From a candidate division FCPU426 bacterium (GTDB taxonomy: Bacteria > Oederibacteriota > Muellerivitia > Muellerivitales > Muellerivitaceae): a stretch of DNA of 64,000 nt. Position 1 is the stretch's first letter. Every line of letters starts with the position of its first letter. The DNA is taken from NCBI GenBank assembly GCA_963830915.1, contig CAWHOE010000034.1, positions 1-64,000 of the forward strand, given 5' to 3'. Position numbers and translations under genes: made by a program. Below, one piece after another: positions 61,762 to 64,000 of the stretch. Below the pieces are notes generated by a model. That model saw nothing but the letters and a program-made list of their open reading frames with translations. It was not told the DNA's origin and did not search any database.

Positions 61762-62841
61762 GTGAAAATTGCCGTTGATGTCAGGATGATGTGGGCCTCT
61801 GGCATTGGTTCCTATATCCGGAATTTAGTGTCACGGATCATCGTTCGATACCCTGATATCAAATTCTACCTGTTGGGAAATCCAGCTGAAATGGACCGAT
61901 GGGAGGGTTTCAAGAAACCCAATGTTCAACGGATCAAGACTTCCTCTCCCATCTTTTCCTTTTCCGAACAATGGGAAATCGCCCGAAAGATCCCTTTGGA
62001 TTCAGCGCTTTTCTGGTCGCCGAATTACAATTTTCCTGTCCTGTACAAGGGGAAGCTTCTGGTGACGGTCCATGATGTGTTCCATCTGGCCAATCCCCAA
62101 TTCGTTTCCGGCCCTCATCGAAGGTTCTACGCGAAGTTTATGTTCAAGAAATTGGTCGATCGGTCGGATGAGATCCTTTGTGTGTCCCAATTCACCAAGA
62201 AGGAACTATTGCGATTGGCGGGTGGGAAGGCCGATAAAATGAATGTGATCCATAATGGCGTTGACCCGTCCTGGTTCAAGGTCGCAAAAAAGGAAAGGCC
62301 CCATCCCAAGCCTTATTTATTGTTTGTCGGGAATGTGAAACCTCACAAGAATCTGGGCCGTTTATTGCAGGCATTCGCCTTGTTGAAGGATAGGATCCCC
62401 CATGATCTGATCCTGATCGGTAAAAAAGAGGGTTTTATTACAGGGGACAGGGAAGTGATAAACCAGGCAGAAAGGTTTGGGAAAAGAGTTCGTTTCACTG
62501 GTGTATTAGAGGACGAGCAGCTTCATCAATTCTATGCTTGCGCCGATCTACTTGTTTTCCCCTCCCTTTATGAGGGTTTTGGTCTACCACCTTTGGAAGC
62601 CATGGCGAGTGGAACGCCAGTCGCCTGTTCGAATACCGCTTCTTTGCCGGAAGTCTGCGGAGACGCGTCCATTTATTTCGATCCATATCGACCTGAAGAT
62701 ATGGCCGAAAAAATTGAAAAAGTACTAACGGATAAGACTCTTAGGAAAGATTTGATGAAAAAAGGTTTGGAACATGCCCACCGATTCGACTGGGAAAACA
62801 CGGTAGCCGAAACCGCCAGGATTTTGGAGCGCATGTTTTAA
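61762..62841 (+). CDS. GT4 glycosyltransferase (MtfB-like)
   Basis: SGIGSY, TVHD, KPHKNL, FPSLYEGFGLPPLEAM. Confidence 0.92.
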   Translation: MKIAVDVRMMWASGIGSYIRNLVSRIIVRYPDIKFYLLGNPAEMDRWEGFKKPNVQRIKTSSPIFSFSEQWEIARKIPLDSALFWSPNYNFPVLYKGKLLVTVHDVFHLANPQFVSGPHRRFYAKFMFKKLVDRSDEILCVSQFTKKELLRLAGGKADKMNVIHNGVDPSWFKVAKKERPHPKPYLLFVGNVKPHKNLGRLLQAFALLKDRIPHDLILIGKKEGFITGDREVINQAERFGKRVRFTGVLEDEQLHQFYACADLLVFPSLYEGFGLPPLEAMASGTPVACSNTASLPEVCGDASIYFDPYRPEDMAEKIEKVLTDKTLRKDLMKKGLEHAHRFDWENTVAETARILERMF

Positions 62842-62872
62842 GTTGGGAGTGGGAAAAATAAGATGTGGAAGA

Positions 62873-64000
62873 TCAAAGTTTTGACTGAACAGTCCCTCCT
62901 GTCGATGGCAAGTTCGATCCTGTTTCCCCTGATTTCAACAAGAGCCTTATCGATAGGAAAAAGATAAGCCAATAATCCAACCGGGGGAATGTCTGGCTTA
63001 AAAGGAATTGGATCGAAAAATGTATGAGCCAGGCAAGAAAGACGATCGTTTTCAGATCGGCGTCGGGACTTTTTTTCCAAGCGGTCGTCATATTGGAAAG
63101 AACAGCGAATAGGAAAGCCAATACTCCCAAGGTGCCCGACTCCAAACCAATTTCGGTCCATGTCACCATTGAAAATTGACTCAGGCCCTGGCTGTTATTG
63201 GGACCGACCTGAGGGGTTACGCCGTTTCCCAAGACCGGATGTTGCATCCAAAGCGCGAAGCTTTCCTTGGCGTTGGATAATCGATCCCCTTCACTGGAAC
63301 CTTTTTGATGGATACGTGCCGTTGAATCCACTCCGATCGGACCCGAAATGAATTGCAAGTAACGGCGCGCCTGGGGAGAGATACAAAATAAACCCATGAA
63401 AAGGACGGCGATCAATATCGTCCTGACGGTGACGCGCCATAAAGGGTTGAATCTCCGCCGCACCACAAGGAATAAGATCATCAAGGTCAAAAAAACAAAT
63501 TCCGAAATGATGCCTGTGCGAGAACTGGTGATAATTACCGAGCTGACCACGAGGGCCGGGATCCACCCGGATCGATTCAATGGGCGGCGGATATCGGATG
63601 AAAATAGGCAGAGGAAAGCGAAGGTCAAGGCGCATCCGGCGTAAGAGGGTTCGAAATAGAATGCGTTAGGTCGGTAGGTTTGGAAGCCCATAAATCGCCA
63701 GGACTCCTGGGCGAAACCAATGGGAATGGAAAAGAAAGAGACCGCGCCCGGCATGCCTGGACCCAGATCTTGGAAGGAGGTGAAAGACCCGAAAAAATAC
63801 AGCGCGACGGCTTCCAACCATATGAATCCCGCTATCAAGACGATCCCCCACTCGAAACCCCGCTCCAGGGATTCTTCTCCCCGTTTATCCAAGCAAATCA
63901 CCGCGGCCAAGATAATATTGAACAATCCCCATCCCCATTTGATGGTGGTAGGGAAAGGCGTGGCTGAGCTAAGGGCGGCGATCTCATAGATCGTGAAAAA
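62873..64000 (-). CDS. Wzy/O-antigen ligase-like membrane protein, 5' part outside the window
   Basis: Multi-TM; RPNAFYFEPSY, TSSRTG, HPVLGNG, LESGTLG. Confidence 0.75.
   Translation of the reverse strand, partial: FFTIYEIAALSSATPFPTTIKWGWGLFNIILAAVICLDKRGEESLERGFEWGIVLIAGFIWLEAVALYFFGSFTSFQDLGPGMPGAVSFFSIPIGFAQESWRFMGFQTYRPNAFYFEPSYAGCALTFAFLCLFSSDIRRPLNRSGWIPALVVSSVIITSSRTGIISEFVFLTLMILFLVVRRRFNPLWRVTVRTILIAVLFMGLFCISPQARRYLQFISGPIGVDSTARIHQKGSSEGDRLSNAKESFALWMQHPVLGNGVTPQVGPNNSQGLSQFSMVTWTEIGLESGTLGVLAFLFAVLSNMTTAWKKSPDADLKTIVFLAWLIHFSIQFLLSQTFPRLDYWLIFFLSIRLLLKSGETGSNLPSTGGTVQSKL

Overview
Bacterial chromosomal window, probably from an uncultured diderm (LPS-type glycosyltransferases, outer-membrane barrels). 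The Thr/Pro-linker CBM lipoproteins remind me of the FCPU426/Firestone-Goldbacteria group, but that is a weak inference. It reads like an imperfectly polished long-read or amplified assembly: single-base indels break even essential rplK, and 1-2043 is a fragment of a different gene joined through a fold-back and an abrupt junction that truncates a GH31 gene. Layout: (1) 2-24 kb, a carbohydrate-utilisation region with GH31, GH2, an ABC sugar-binding lipoprotein, a GH44 lipoprotein, three CBM-like lipoproteins, three tandem SLH-like/coiled-coil/large beta-barrel proteins, LacI, a nucleotidyltransferase and galK. It has no SusC/SusD and is the best candidate for an undescribed system. (2) 24.5-35.2 kb, the Thr-Tyr-Gly-Thr-tuf-rpmG-Trp-secE-nusG-rplKAJL cluster, with a decayed first tRNA, two different PEPCK-fold genes plus a fumarase/aspartase interleaved between the tRNAs, and an unexplained structured RNA upstream of the L10 leader. 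(3) 35.2-49.5 kb, housekeeping genes tmk-holB-metG-tatD, trpDCF-TPR-trpBA-accD-folC, a WaaL-like gene and an MsmX-like ATPase. (4) 49.6-64 kb, a surface-polysaccharide cluster containing gene relics. No CRISPR array, rRNA, transposase or integrase was seen.
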